A stretch of DNA of 64,000 nucleotides from assembly GCF_963921235.1 (NCBI RefSeq), contig NC_086118.1:23438001-23502000 (forward strand), in the 5' to 3' direction. The notes beneath the pieces are model-generated. The model saw only the letters and a list, made by a program, of their open reading frames with translations. It was not told the origin of the DNA and ran no database searches. Made by a program: the position numbers and the translations under genes. The DNA is from Mobula hypostoma. Its lineage: Eukaryota. Below are positions 26,001 to 37,262 of this stretch, piece by piece (positions within the stretch are counted from its first letter, which is position 1; each line of letters starts with the position of its first letter).

Positions 26001-26945
26001 CCTTCTCATGGCCCCTTTTGGCTCTCCTAATTTCATTCTTAAGCTCCTTCCTGCTAGCCTTATAATCTTCTAGGTCTCTAACAGTACCTAGTTTTTTAAG
26101 CTTTTGTAAGCATTTCTTTTCTTCTTAACTAGATTTACAACAGCCTTTGTACACCATGGTTCCTGTACCCTTCCATCCTTTCACTGTCTCATTGGAATGA
26201 ACCTGTGCAGAACTCCACGCAAATATCCCATGAGCCACATTTCTTCTGTACATTTCCCTGAGAACATCTGTTCCCAATTTATATTTCCAAGTTCCTGCCT
26301 GATAGCCTCATATTTCCCCTTATTCCAATTAAACACTTTCCTAACTTGTCTGTTCCTATCCCTATCCAATGCTATGGTAAAGGAGTTAGAATTGTGATCA
26401 CCATCTCCAAAATGCTCTCCCACTGAGAGATTTGACACCTGACCAGGTTCATTTCCCAATACCAGATCAAGTACAGCCTCTCCTTTTGTAGGCTTGTCTA
26501 CATATTGTGTCAAGAAGCCTTCCTGAACACACTTAACAAACTCCAGCCCATCTAAACCCCTTGCACTAGGGACACGCCAATCAATATTTGGGAAATTAAA
26601 GTCTCCCACCTCGATAATCCTATTATTGTTACACCTTTCCAGAATCTGTCTCCCTAACTGCTCTTTGATGTCCCTGTTACTATTGGGTGGTCTTTAAAAA
26701 ACAGCCAGTAGAGTTATTGACCCCTTTCTCTTCCTAACTTCCACCCACAGAGACTCTGTAGACAATCCCTTCATGCGTCCTCCTTTTCTGCAGCCGTGAC
26801 ACTATCTCTGATCAATAATGTCACCCCTACCCCCGCCACCTCTTTTGCCTCCCTGTCTGTCCTTTCTGAAGCATTTAAAGCCTGGCACTCGAAGTAACCA
26901 TTCCTGCCCCCGAGCCATCCAAGTCTCTATAACGGTCACAACCTA
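23011..26945 (-). mobile_element. CR1 LINE, long degenerate copy (endonuclease + RT remnants), split by a younger CR1
   Basis: GDFNFPNIDW...LDLVLGNEPG (APE, 26181-26609), KSPGPD (25542-26036), [28 protein letters not shown]. (TTTCTATG)n tail at 23011-23028. Multiple frameshifts. Confidence 0.95.
24324..25488 (+). mobile_element. CR1 LINE 3' portion, same subfamily as 7088-9200, nested in antisense orientation
   Basis: Collinear with about 8041-9198 but with in-frame stops. (TTCTATGG)n tail. The host CR1 sequence resumes at aacttgcc (25489). Confidence 0.95.
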
Positions 26946-27269
26946 TAGGTTCAAATCACATTTAACATCTTGAGTATGCAATTGAAGTTGTTATTTGTTT
27001 GCTGTAGTACTAGAAGGTCCACCTTTAAGAATGCAATGATACGGAGAAATATCATTGAAGTTTTAGAGCTGGCTGCCATAATTAGGCATTCTCTTAACAT
27101 CAGAGACAGTTTTGATTCCTTAACATTAAATTACAACATTAGATGTCCATTTCATTTACTATATATGTTATGTTATTTGCAAAGTTGATGTTATATATGT
27201 CACTAATGATTGTGTGAAATATTTCAGGCATATTGAGGGTGCAAAATCTGCTCAATAAGTCTTTGCTAT

Positions 27270-28478
27270 TTTTGCACGGCTTTAGACCACCTGGACAACA
27301 CAGGCATCTATGTCAGGATGCTGTTCATCAACTATAGCTCAGCATTTAATACCATCATTCCCACAATCCTGGTTGAGAAGTTGCAGAACCTGGGCCTCTG
27401 TATCTCCCTCTGCAATTGAATCCTCGCATTCCTAACCAGAAGACCACAATCTGTGCAGATTGGTGATAGCATCACCCCTTTGCTGACAATCAACATTGGT
27501 GCACCTTAGAGGTATGTGCTTAACCCACTGCTCTTCTCTCTCTATACCCATGACTGTGTGGCTAGTCATAGCTCAAATACCATCTAAAAATTTGCTGATG
27601 ATACAACTATTGTTGGTAGAATCTCAGGTGGTGACGAGAGGGCGTACAGGAGTGCCAACTTGTCGAGTGGTGTCACAGTAACAACCTGGCACTCAGCGTC
27701 AGTAATATGAAAGAGCTGCTTCCGGAAGGGTAAGACGAAGGAACACATACCAATCCTCATAGAGGGATCAGAAGTGGAGAGAGTGAGCAGTTTCAAGTTC
27801 CTGGGTGTCAAGAGTTCTGAATGTCTAACCTGGCCCCAACATATCAATACAGTTATAAAGAAGGCAAAATAATGGCTGTACTTCATTAGGAATTTGAAGA
27901 GATTTGGTATGTTAACAAATACACCCAAAAAATTCTATAGGTGGACCATGGAGAGCATTCTGACAGGCTGCATCACTGTCTGGTATGGCGGGGGGGAGGC
28001 ACCGAAAGAAGCTGCAGAGGGTTGTAAATTTAGTCGGCTCCATCTTGGGTACTAGCTTTCAAAGTACTCAGAACATCTTCAAGGAGCGGTGTCTCAGAAA
28101 GGCAGTGTCCATTATTAAGGACCTCCAGCATCCAGGGCATGCCCTTTTCTCACTGTTACCATCAGGTAGGAGGTACAGAAGCCTGAAGGCACACGCTCAG
28201 CGATTCAGGAACAGCTTCTTCTCCTCTGCCATCCAATTACTAAATGGACATTGGACCCTTGGACGCAACCTCACTTTTTTATAATATATAGTATTTCTGT
28301 CTTTTGTGTGATTTTTAATCTATTTAATATACGTATACTGTAATTTATTTATTTATTATTATTATTTTATTTTGTGGTTTTTTTTTCTATATTATGTATT
28401 GTATTGAACTGCTGCTGCTAAGTTAACAAATTTCACGTCACAATCCAATGATAATAAACCTGATTCTGATTCTGATTC
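27270..28478 (+). mobile_element. Rex1/Babar-type LINE, 5'-truncated
   Basis: [35 protein letters not shown]...LLPSGRRYRSLK...RFRNSFF; AATAAA then (GATTCT)n tail. Confidence 0.92.
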
Positions 28479-28480
28479 TT

Positions 28481-29165
28481 TAACATAACATAAGAAATAG
28501 GAGCAAGAGCAGGCCATCTGGCCCGTCGAGCCTGCTCCACCATTCAATAAGATCATGGTTGATCAGATCATGTACTCATTTCCATCTACCTGCCTTTCCC
28601 CCATAACCCTTAATTCCCCTACAATGCAAAAATCTATCCAACTTTGTCTTAAATATATCTACTGAAGTAGCCTCCACTCATTCATTGGGCAGAGAATTCC
28701 ACAAATTCAGCACTCTTTGGGAAAATCAGTTCCTTCTCATCTCCATCCTCAATTTACTCCCCTGAATCTTGAGGCTATGTCCGCTAGTTCTAGTCTCACC
28801 TACCAGTGGAAACAACATTCCTGCCTCTACTTTAACTATCCCTTTCATAATTTTGTATGTTTTTATAAGATCCCCTCTCATTCTTTTGAATTCCAGCGAG
28901 TACAGTCCCAGGCAGCTCACCTCTCCTCATGCTTTAACCAACTGATCTCTGGAAATCAGCCTAGTAAACCTGCTCTGCACCATCTCCAAAGCTAGTATAT
29001 CATTCCTCAAGTAAGGAGACCAAAACTGCTTGCAGTACTCCAGATCTGGCCTCAACAGTACCCTGCACAGTTGCAGCATAACCTCCCTGCTCTTAAATTC
29101 AATCCTAGAAATGAAGGCCAACATTCCATTTGCCCTCTTGATAGCCTGCTGCACCTGCAAGTGAA
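28481..29165 (-). mobile_element. CR1 LINE 3' fragment
   Basis: ORFs with VQQAIKRANGMLAFISR, LEYCKQFWSPYLR, LGLYSLEFKRMRGDLI; (TTATG)-type tail at 28481-28495. Confidence 0.92.
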
Positions 29166-30139
29166 CTTTCCTTTCTTGATCTCTCCCTACTCCCAAGGTA
29201 CAACTAAAATGATCAGATTGAGCAATGCTCTGAATGTTGATTTCTAGGGCTTCATCCCACTCAAATCACATAGATCTACAGTTATATTACCTGCAGCTAG
29301 TCCACAGAGAATTCTACTCCTTGCTCTGCTTGATTTCTAATTGTTCCTTGATCCCAAGATAAAACCCTTCAAAACTCTCAACTATGTATCTCTCCATAGC
29401 TTTCTTCCTTCCCACTTCTGCAACTTCTCTACATACTCACTTCTTCCAATTTTTTTTTGTCAGCTTCCATTTTCCTTCACTTTTCCTTCAACAGCAAAGC
29501 TTTTCTCTGCCCGATACACACACTTTGTAACCCTACTGTCATATTTTTGCCCCACCTCAGTCATCAAAGGATTCTGGAAACCCTACTTCTTTAACCTAGG
29601 TTTTAAATAACTGTCCTACTTTTTCTCCTCAGTCATGTTCAGCTTTAAACCTGACCATCTGTCATCTTAAGGATGGTTGGCTATTAATTGTAATGCACAT
29701 TTCAAGTAGCCTGTACCTGCTTGGCATGAGTCAAAGATTAAATAGAAGGCATGTCATCATTGCTAATGCTTTTACGTTGCATAAATAAGTGCACACCTTG
29801 TCTATTTACAAGAATTTATGAATAATCTATATAATAATTTCTTATCTGAAAAGCAAATAGAAACAAAATGATTATTTTGTTGGATAATAATTCCATCGTG
29901 TGTCCTTTTTCAATGTCCCAGCGAATTCTATCAGACCAGAGCTTGAAGAAATTCCATGCTAGATGAGGTATTATTCATTTCCCATCTTAAATTAGACGGC
30001 TTAAAAGTTTGCAAAGGTTGTTTGATTTAAATTATTGTTGCCTTGTTGGTAGGTAAGTCCGAAATCTGTGAGTATCAATAAATGTTGTTGTTTGCAAATT
30101 ACAAAATATTTATATGTGACTGTCCCATTATTGAGATAC

Positions 30140-30380
30140 TCTCAACAGTCAATGATCTAACTTTAAGTACTTTTAATCTCATTATATCATGTTCTTGCTA
30201 CTTATTGCTATTAATATTTGCATTTGTACAGTATGTTGTCTTCGGTTGATCTTTTGCTAATGCTGTAGTAGTGTAGATTTGCTGAGTATGCCCACAGAAA
30301 AAATGAATCTCTGGGTTGTATATGGTGACATTTACTGTATGTACTTCGATAATAACATTTACTTTGAACTTTGAACTTTA
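30140..30380 (+). mobile_element. Rex1-type LINE 3' UTR fragment
   Basis: aaatgaatctctgggttgtatatggtgac...aataa...(ACTTTGA)n tail, as at 46890-46945. Confidence 0.7.
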
Positions 30381-30699
30381 ACGATCTCAGGAACAGACAC
30401 TGTGGAACTGAAGACCCCCTGGTTTACTATGTGACTGACTAGGGCGCTATCATAGACATCAAAGAAATTTTATGATATAGTAGGAGGTTATTTATCCCCA
30501 TAGTGCATAAGTTAAAGGAGTGTTACTCAACATATCCCAACTTCTATCTTAAGTTCAAGTTTAATTTCTATTCAACCATACACATGAATACATCTTGAAA
30601 AAAGCATCATTCTTCCTGGGCCAAGGTGTAAAACACAGTGATCTAGTGGTTGATCATGGCCTGTGGGTCGAGTCTCTTCAAATTCACATTCAGGGACAT

Positions 30700-31040
30700 T
30701 TTTGTTAGAGCAAGGCATTTGCCACCCTTTCAATAAGTGGGTTCTAAACACTTACTAACCTCTCAAGTAAAAAAAATCAGCACACCTCTAATCCTTCTAC
30801 TAGTAACATTAATCTGAACTCCCGTGTTTTCTCAACTCTGCCCGCCTCCCACTGCTAACCCACAACTAAGGGAAACAAGTCCTTTCTATTTTCCACTGAC
30901 CCTTCATAATTTCCTGTTCTTCAATTAAATCTGCCTTCAGTCTCTTCTGTTGCTAAGAAGACAATGAGAACTTATTCAATCTTTGCACATGGGAAGAGAT
31001 TACAGTCTTGACAAGATTTTTGTAAATCTCCTCAGAACGT
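30700..31040 (-). mobile_element. Old CR1 3' fragment
   Basis: cccttcataatt...aaatctgccttcagtctcttctgttgctaagaagacaa...ttttgtaaatctcctc is the decayed reverse complement of the RRF..L.LFSL..RRL.GDL region. Confidence 0.6.
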
Positions 31041-32414
31041 TAAGTATATGAAATGCTAATTAACTGTAATTAGTTGTCTTAAATTAATTATTTGTGTTGT
31101 GATGCTAAAAGTAAAGCAGCCCATAATCTTAATAACATAGTTGCAATGGGAGCTATTTAAATGCTTTTCTGAAGAGGCTTTCTGCTGTTGGCTGAGGATT
31201 GAGATTGTTAGAAATTTACTATTGACAACTACTACTAGCAATAATTTAAACAAAAGAATAAGTTATTTACAGTTCCTATTTATGAATTGGAAATGGTAGG
31301 AAATTGCATTACTGAATGGCTTCAAACTCTGTCATTAAGCTTATGTCCATATACTCAGTAAGTGGTTTATTAAAGCAATACTTTTTTGTTCCAGAAAATA
31401 TACTTTCTTGTAAATGATTTATCAAACTAAATCTACATGATTCAGTTGGTCTCGTTGTTATTTCAGGCAGTCACCCACAAGCACAGGTGGGAAAGGAACA
31501 GATTTTATGCCTCTGGCGTTTGTTATATATGAAGTATCATTAGAGCAAAACTCAGAGCAAACACCTTGAAAAACCAGGTCAAAAGTGTTCAAGTCAAAAG
31601 ACAAATTAATTCTTCTCAGATTATAGAATGCAACAATACGTTTGACAACTGACTAGGGGCCCATTTAGTAACTTCTGTGACCTTTGGGCCAATTGTTTAT
31701 AGAGTTTAGAGCAAGTATTATTTGTATAATTGATATGAGAAATAGAAATGTCTGAAGCATTGATTGGCAGCATAATTGTCACTTCCAGTTCCAATTCTTT
31801 ATTTGGACTGTAAATACAAAAAGGGATCCCAATATAATTCAGGGGCTTAATTAATGGAGCATAAAATTCATGTCATGCCAGATGGGAAGTCAAACTTTTT
31901 CTGTACTGGTGAAGTTGATGGGTTAATTTGAAGAGACAAATGCCCTTGCTTTGATGCCAGTGGATCTTCTGCATCCGTCTGAGAACACGGACAAGTATTT
32001 CTAGACAGCTTCTTTCATTCCCACCTGAAACTCTGGCACTTGCTTTCACAGACGTTGGCCCTCCATCAAATCATGGAAGTGTATGATAAAAAAAAAAGAG
32101 GATATCTGGCTCATCATACTATGGCATCTAATATGAATTTTAGGTTAATCCTGCACAGCAACCCTTGGGCCACAACCCTGTTGGCTGTCTCTCAATCTCC
32201 TTAGAATGCACAATGGATGAATACTCAGAGGCTTAAGATGCTTTTAATTCATTCTGAAATAATCTGTCCTCCAACATCAGACTCAGAATCCAGTTCAGTA
32301 TCACCAGCATGTGTCGTGAAATTTGTTGTTTTTGCTGCAGCAGTACATTGCTATACATAATAATAAAAATATCAAGCAGTAGTAAATCAAGGCAACTGGA
32401 CTTGCTGTGTTGTC

Positions 32415-32458
32415 TAGAAGACGTTTCGCCACACATCTGAGAGGCTTCTTCAGTTCTA
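32415..32458 (-). ncRNA. Minimal hammerhead ribozyme motif, second PLE family
   Basis: Minus strand TAGAA-CTGAAGA-AGCC-TCTCAGATGTGT-GGC-GAAA-CG-TC-TTCTA: 5 bp stem I, GCC/GGC stem II, ACGT palindrome. Confidence 0.8.
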
Positions 32459-32826
32459 ATCCATGGTAGGTTGTTTTCCGGCTGTGAGTTGTTTAAAGGT
32501 ATAGCAATCACATGAGGGTCATTAAGAGTCATAGAGGTAATGAGAGGGTCATAGTCTTAGCTTTGCATGAATGGAAGTGTGAACTGTTGTGCAGATGCTG
32601 AGGTAAAGATGTTTGGACTGCATTGTAGATAGCTGATGTGTGGTGTCATACCTCACCCCCTCTGTTCAGGGATGGGTTTTCCAGTTTGACAAAGATGGCT
32701 ACTTTAACCCCTCTTTCAAGCCACATGTCCATCCTGTCCAAAATGTGCACATTGTTATCATCAAAGGTATGTCCCTTGTCCTTTAGGTGTAGATATACAG
32801 CTGTGTCTTGACCTGACACCATGGAT

Positions 32827-32870
32827 CAGAACTGAAGAAGCCTCTCAGATGAGTGGCGAAACATCTTGTA
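32827..32870 (+). ncRNA. Minimal hammerhead ribozyme motif, mutated copy
   Basis: CAGAA-CTGAAGA-AGCC-TCTCAGATGAGT-GGC-GAAA-CA-TC-TTGTA; the palindrome and stem I are damaged. Confidence 0.65.
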
Positions 32871-32989
32871 GACAATACAACAAGTCCAGATGCCTTGATT
32901 TACTACTGCTTGATATACAATAACCTGGATGACTGAGAGCCTTCATAGACATAATAATAAAAACTGTGAATATCGGTAAGTATATTATA

Positions 32990-34324
32990 TACATTATAAT
33001 TACATTACATTATACTACATTGTCGCCAAACAATTGATACTAGAACATACAATCATCACAGCGATATTTGATTCTGCACTTCCCGCTCCCTGGAGTACAA
33101 ATTGATAGTAAATATTAAACATTTAAATTATAAATCATAAATAGAAAATGGAAAGTAAGGTAGTGCAAAAAAACCAAGAGGCAGGTCTGGATATTTGGAG
33201 GGCACGGCCCAGATCCGGGTCAGGATCCGTTCGGCAGTCTTATCACAGTTGGAAAGAAGCTGTTCTCAAATCTGGCCATACGAGTCTTCAAGCTCCTGAG
33301 CCTTCTCCCGGAGGGAAGAGGGACAAAAAGTGTGTTGGCTGGGTGGGTCGTGTCCTTGATTATCCTGGCAACACTGCTCCGACAGCGTGCGGTGTAAAGT
33401 GAGTCCAAGGATGGAAGATTGGTTTGTGTGATGTGCTGCGCTGTGTTCATGATCTTCTGCAGCTTCTTCCAGTCTTGGACAGGACAACTTCCATACCAGG
33501 TTGTGATGCACCCTAGAAGAATGCTTTCTACGGTGCATCTATAAAAATTAGTGAGGGTTTTAGGGGACAGGCCAAATTTCTTCAGTTTTCTCAGGAAGTA
33601 AAGGCACTGGTGGGCCTTCTTGGCAGTGAACTCTGCTTGGTTGGACCAAGTCAGGTCATTTGTGATATTGACCCCGAGGAACTTCTTTTGACTTGTTCCA
33701 CTTGTGCACCACCGATGTAAATTGGGTCGTGCGGTCCGCTACTCTTTCTGAAGTCAACAACCAATTCCTTCGTCTTGCTGACGTTGAGGGATAGGTTATT
33801 GTCTTCGCACCATGCCACCAGGTTCTTAATTTCCTCTCTGTACTCAAACTCATCACTACCCGAGATACGGCCTACAATTGTTGTGTCATCAGCAAACATA
33901 TATTGAGTTTGATGGAAACTTGGCTACACAATCATGGGAATACAGTGAGTACAGCAGGGGGCTGACTACACAGCCTTGTGGGGCACCGGTGCTCAGAGTG
34001 ATTGTAGGGGAGAGCTTGTCCCCTATTTTTACAGCCTGGGTCCTGTCTGTGAGGAGGTTGAAGATCCAGCTGCAGATCTAAGTGCTAAGGCCCAGGTTCC
34101 AGAGCTTAGGAAACAGATTATTTGGAATGATGTTATTAAAGGCAGATCTGTAGTCAATGAAAAGGAGCCTTATATATGCGTCTTTATTCTCCAGGTGTTC
34201 TAAGGAGGAATGTAGGGCCAGAGAGATGGCATCTGCCGTTGACCTGTTGCTCCGGTAGGCAAATTACAAAGTGTTGCGGTTAACCAGTAGGCTGTGGTTG
34301 ATGTGTGCCATAACCAATCGCACA
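32990..34324 (-). mobile_element. Rex1/Babar-type LINE of a second subfamily, nested
   Basis: [14 protein letters not shown]...NLSLNVSKTKELVVDFRK; PLPSGRRLRSLKTR..RFENSFFP; (AATGT)n-like tail at 32990-33012. Confidence 0.92.
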
Positions 34325-35530
34325 TACTTATATATAATAGCTAAATTAAATATGCAGTGCAAAAAAAGTAGTGAGGTAGTGTTTATGGGTTCAATGTCTG
34401 CCAACAGATGGGAAGAAGCTGTTCTTGAATCGTTGAGTACGTGCCGTCAGGCTCCTATACCACCTTCTTGATAGTAGCAATGGGTGATGGGGGTCCTTAA
34501 TAATGGATGCTGCCTTTCTGAGGCATCGTTCCTTGAAGATATCCTAGATGCTACAGAGGTAAGTACCTATGATGGAGTTGACTGAGTTCACAGATTTCTG
34601 AAGCTTCTATCGACCCTGTGCAGTAGCCCACAGCCATGAATGATACTTGATTTTTTTTTAAGATGAATTGTTAGCCAGAACATGATGTGCTCATAAGAGT
34701 AAGTTTTCAATATTACCAGTTCAAGGTTAACATTCTCACATATCCAAGGAGAATGTTATTCTGTGTAGAAACATGCCTTCAAACCGCTTTTCAAATGCAT
34801 AACCAGGAGGTACTTTGTAAAGAATGTTAACTTGAGAAGTAATGGTTATTACCTTCTCAAAAATCATATGTTATTGATGTTGGAAGGTAGATCATAACGC
34901 ATGGAATCAAAAACATCTTACAGACCATGGACCTGGCTCTATTCAACACTGCTGCATGGTTTTTAGTGACTCCTGCCATGAAAAAGAAATAGTACCCTGT
35001 AGTTATGGCTTAAATCAGGAAGATGCATCAACATTCCACATCTGAATAGTGTGGCTAATCTGCCAGTTATTTGTACAACCCAGAGGTTAATCTAGCATTT
35101 TATCTGCTTCCAACATCAAACCAGGCTCAGGTAACAAGTAGCGCTCATCGACTACATCATCACATAGCTATAGAAATTCAAATGTCTCATTCCTAACCAT
35201 CTCTGTAAACAAATTGTTTCCCCAATTAAACCTGCATTGAGTTGAGAGAGATCTACAAAAGTCTGCTTTACTTAGGAGATGAAGGTCTTATCACCTGAAA
35301 TATAACACCATTAATTAAAGCCAAGAATCTTTTAGCTCATTCATTTAATTATATATTAGTTCAGCCCAATCTTCCATTTAATGGGGATGGTATGGCTATG
35401 GTTGTTCATTCATTGCCATCACTAAGGGAATGTAGCATTGTTTTGTAAGGTATAGTTTGGATAATACTTTACGCTGAGATGCCTCTCAGGTAAATTGATG
35501 TTGACTTATTATTGTTATTTTTTTGTAACT

Positions 35531-36145
35531 GCCGAGACCCTCTGGCAGGACTGGAGAAAAAAAGATGAGGAGTAGATTTAAAAGTTGGGGATATGGAGGG
35601 AGAAATACAAAGCGGAAGGTGAATCAATGACCTCCTCCACTGTCACGATGAGGCTACACTCCGTTTGGAGGAACAGCACCTTATATTCTGACTAGGACAG
35701 CATGAACATCGATTTCTCGAACATTCGGTAATACTCCCCTCTCCTTCACCAGTCCCCATCCCCTTTTCCCTCTCTCACATTATCTCCTTGCCTGCCCATC
35801 GACTCCCTCTGGTGTTCCTTCTCCTGTTTCTTTCTTCCATGGACTTCTGTCCTCTTCTATTGGACTCCCCTTTCTCCAGCCCTGTATCTCTTTCACCAAT
35901 CAACTTCCCAGCCCCTTACTTCATCCCTTCCCCTCCCAGTTTCACATATCACCTTGTTTTTTCTCTCCACAACCCCATCTTTTAAATTTGCTCCTCAGCT
36001 TTTTTTCTCCAGTCCTGTCGAAGGGTCTCAGCCCGAAACGTCAACTGTACTTTTTTCTGTAGATGCTCCTGGCCTGCTGAGTTCCTCCAGCATTTTGTGT
36101 GTATTGGTTGGACTTTCAGCATCTGCAGATTTTATCTTGTTTGTG
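35531..36145. mobile_element. Neptune-type Penelope insertion inside the Gypsy 3' LTR (short inverted arm 35531-35625, plus arm 35626-36145)
   Basis: Plus arm encodes LLHCHDEATLRLEEQHLIF...MNIDFSN (GIY-YIG C-terminus). Degenerate hammerhead at 36010-36047 (AGTC-CTGTCGA-AGGGTCTCAGCCC-GAAA-CG-TC-AACT). 35531-35590 is an inverted copy of about 35975-36035. Confidence 0.88.
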
Positions 36146-37212
36146 AACATATTTAAAATATAATTTAGATCCCACTGAAATATTAGATACACAACCCTCC
36201 TTCCTACTTAGTTACAAACTCCCACTTGATATAGGATGCATATATACAACATCTATATGTACAGTATACTATATAATACAACTAATATATAGACATCCAC
36301 AGCATGGTAAATTTTAAATTGACCCATTCAGGCCTGAAGTTGTAATTGCTGTGGAAGATTAGCTACTCCATCTGCTGATCAGTCCCAGGCCACCACACAA
36401 AGCTTCGAGCCAACACTTTCATTTTGACCATGCTCAGATGACTGGCATGTAGATCCTCCAAGACTTTCATTCTTAGCTTGGATGGTACAACAACTCTCAA
36501 TCTCCACATATGGTAAGGGGGAGTTCATCTCAGCGCTGGTAAAAATGGGGGAACTGAAGTTTCTGCTGCGCGTTCCAGCCATTTTGGGTTGCTATGTAGA
36601 ACTGAGACAGTGTGGGGTCTTTTCATGTTTCCCTTTGGATCATCTCTGTCACAATAGGGAGACTTTAGATTTGAGTTAGGGCAAATATGTCAAGAGGGGT
36701 GTCCTCTTTTGTAAACTTTTCAGGTATTTTCTTTCCATGGATAAACAGGGCAATCAATCAGCATTTCCATGATTAGCCATCCTTGAATTTGATCTTGTAA
36801 TTACGTTCTCCAAGAAACAGAGCCCATCTCTTCACTGGTGCTGATGCTGTTCATAGAACACTCTTCTGTGGATTGAAAATGGACACCAGTGTTTGACGAT
36901 CAGTAATGAGAGTAATTACTGTCCCATACAATGAAATGTTTTAAACCCCAAACCAGACTTGAGGCCTCCCTATCAAGCTGCGTATAATTTTTCTCTGCAG
37001 CGGTAAGGGGACATGATGCAAAGGCTATGGGGTGTTTACTTCTATCACGTATGACACGTGACATGACTGCATCTGAGCCATAAGGTGAGGCATCACAGGC
37101 AAGCTTCACTGGATGACTTGGATCATAATGTGTGAGTACAGTGTCTGTCATCGCCATTTCCTTTTCTTTTTTGAAAGACACTGTCTTGTCTATTGCCATT
37201 TGTTCCCGATCT

Positions 37213-37262
37213 GTCAGAATCAGAATCAGGTTCAATATCACTGGCGTGTGTCGTGAAATTTG
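37213..37262 (-). mobile_element. Very short Rex1-type tail insertion inside Gypsy pol
   Basis: tcagaatcagaatcaggttcaatatcactggcgtgtgtcgtgaaatttg is the reverse complement of the Rex-type terminus. ATCTGT occurs on both sides. Confidence 0.8.

Larger units (their letters stand above)
32370..32952. mobile_element. Penelope-like element (Poseidon/Xena-type): minus-strand GIY-YIG C-terminus + pLTR, then an inverted plus-strand pLTR
   Basis: Minus 32645-32812 translates SGQDTAVYLHLKDKGHTFDDNNVHILDRMDMWLERGVKVAIFVKLENPSLNRGG. 32819-32915 is an inverted copy of 32370-32465. ACATAATAATAAAAA is repeated at 32355-32369 and 32949-32963. Confidence 0.92.
32275..34635 (-). mobile_element. Rex1-type LINE 3' end acting as host for two nested insertions
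   Basis: Tail (catcagactcagaatc) at 32275-32290. The UTR continues at 32953-32990 and again at 34325-34635, including the reverse complement of the IKDP.HP and RYRSL regions. Confidence 0.8.
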
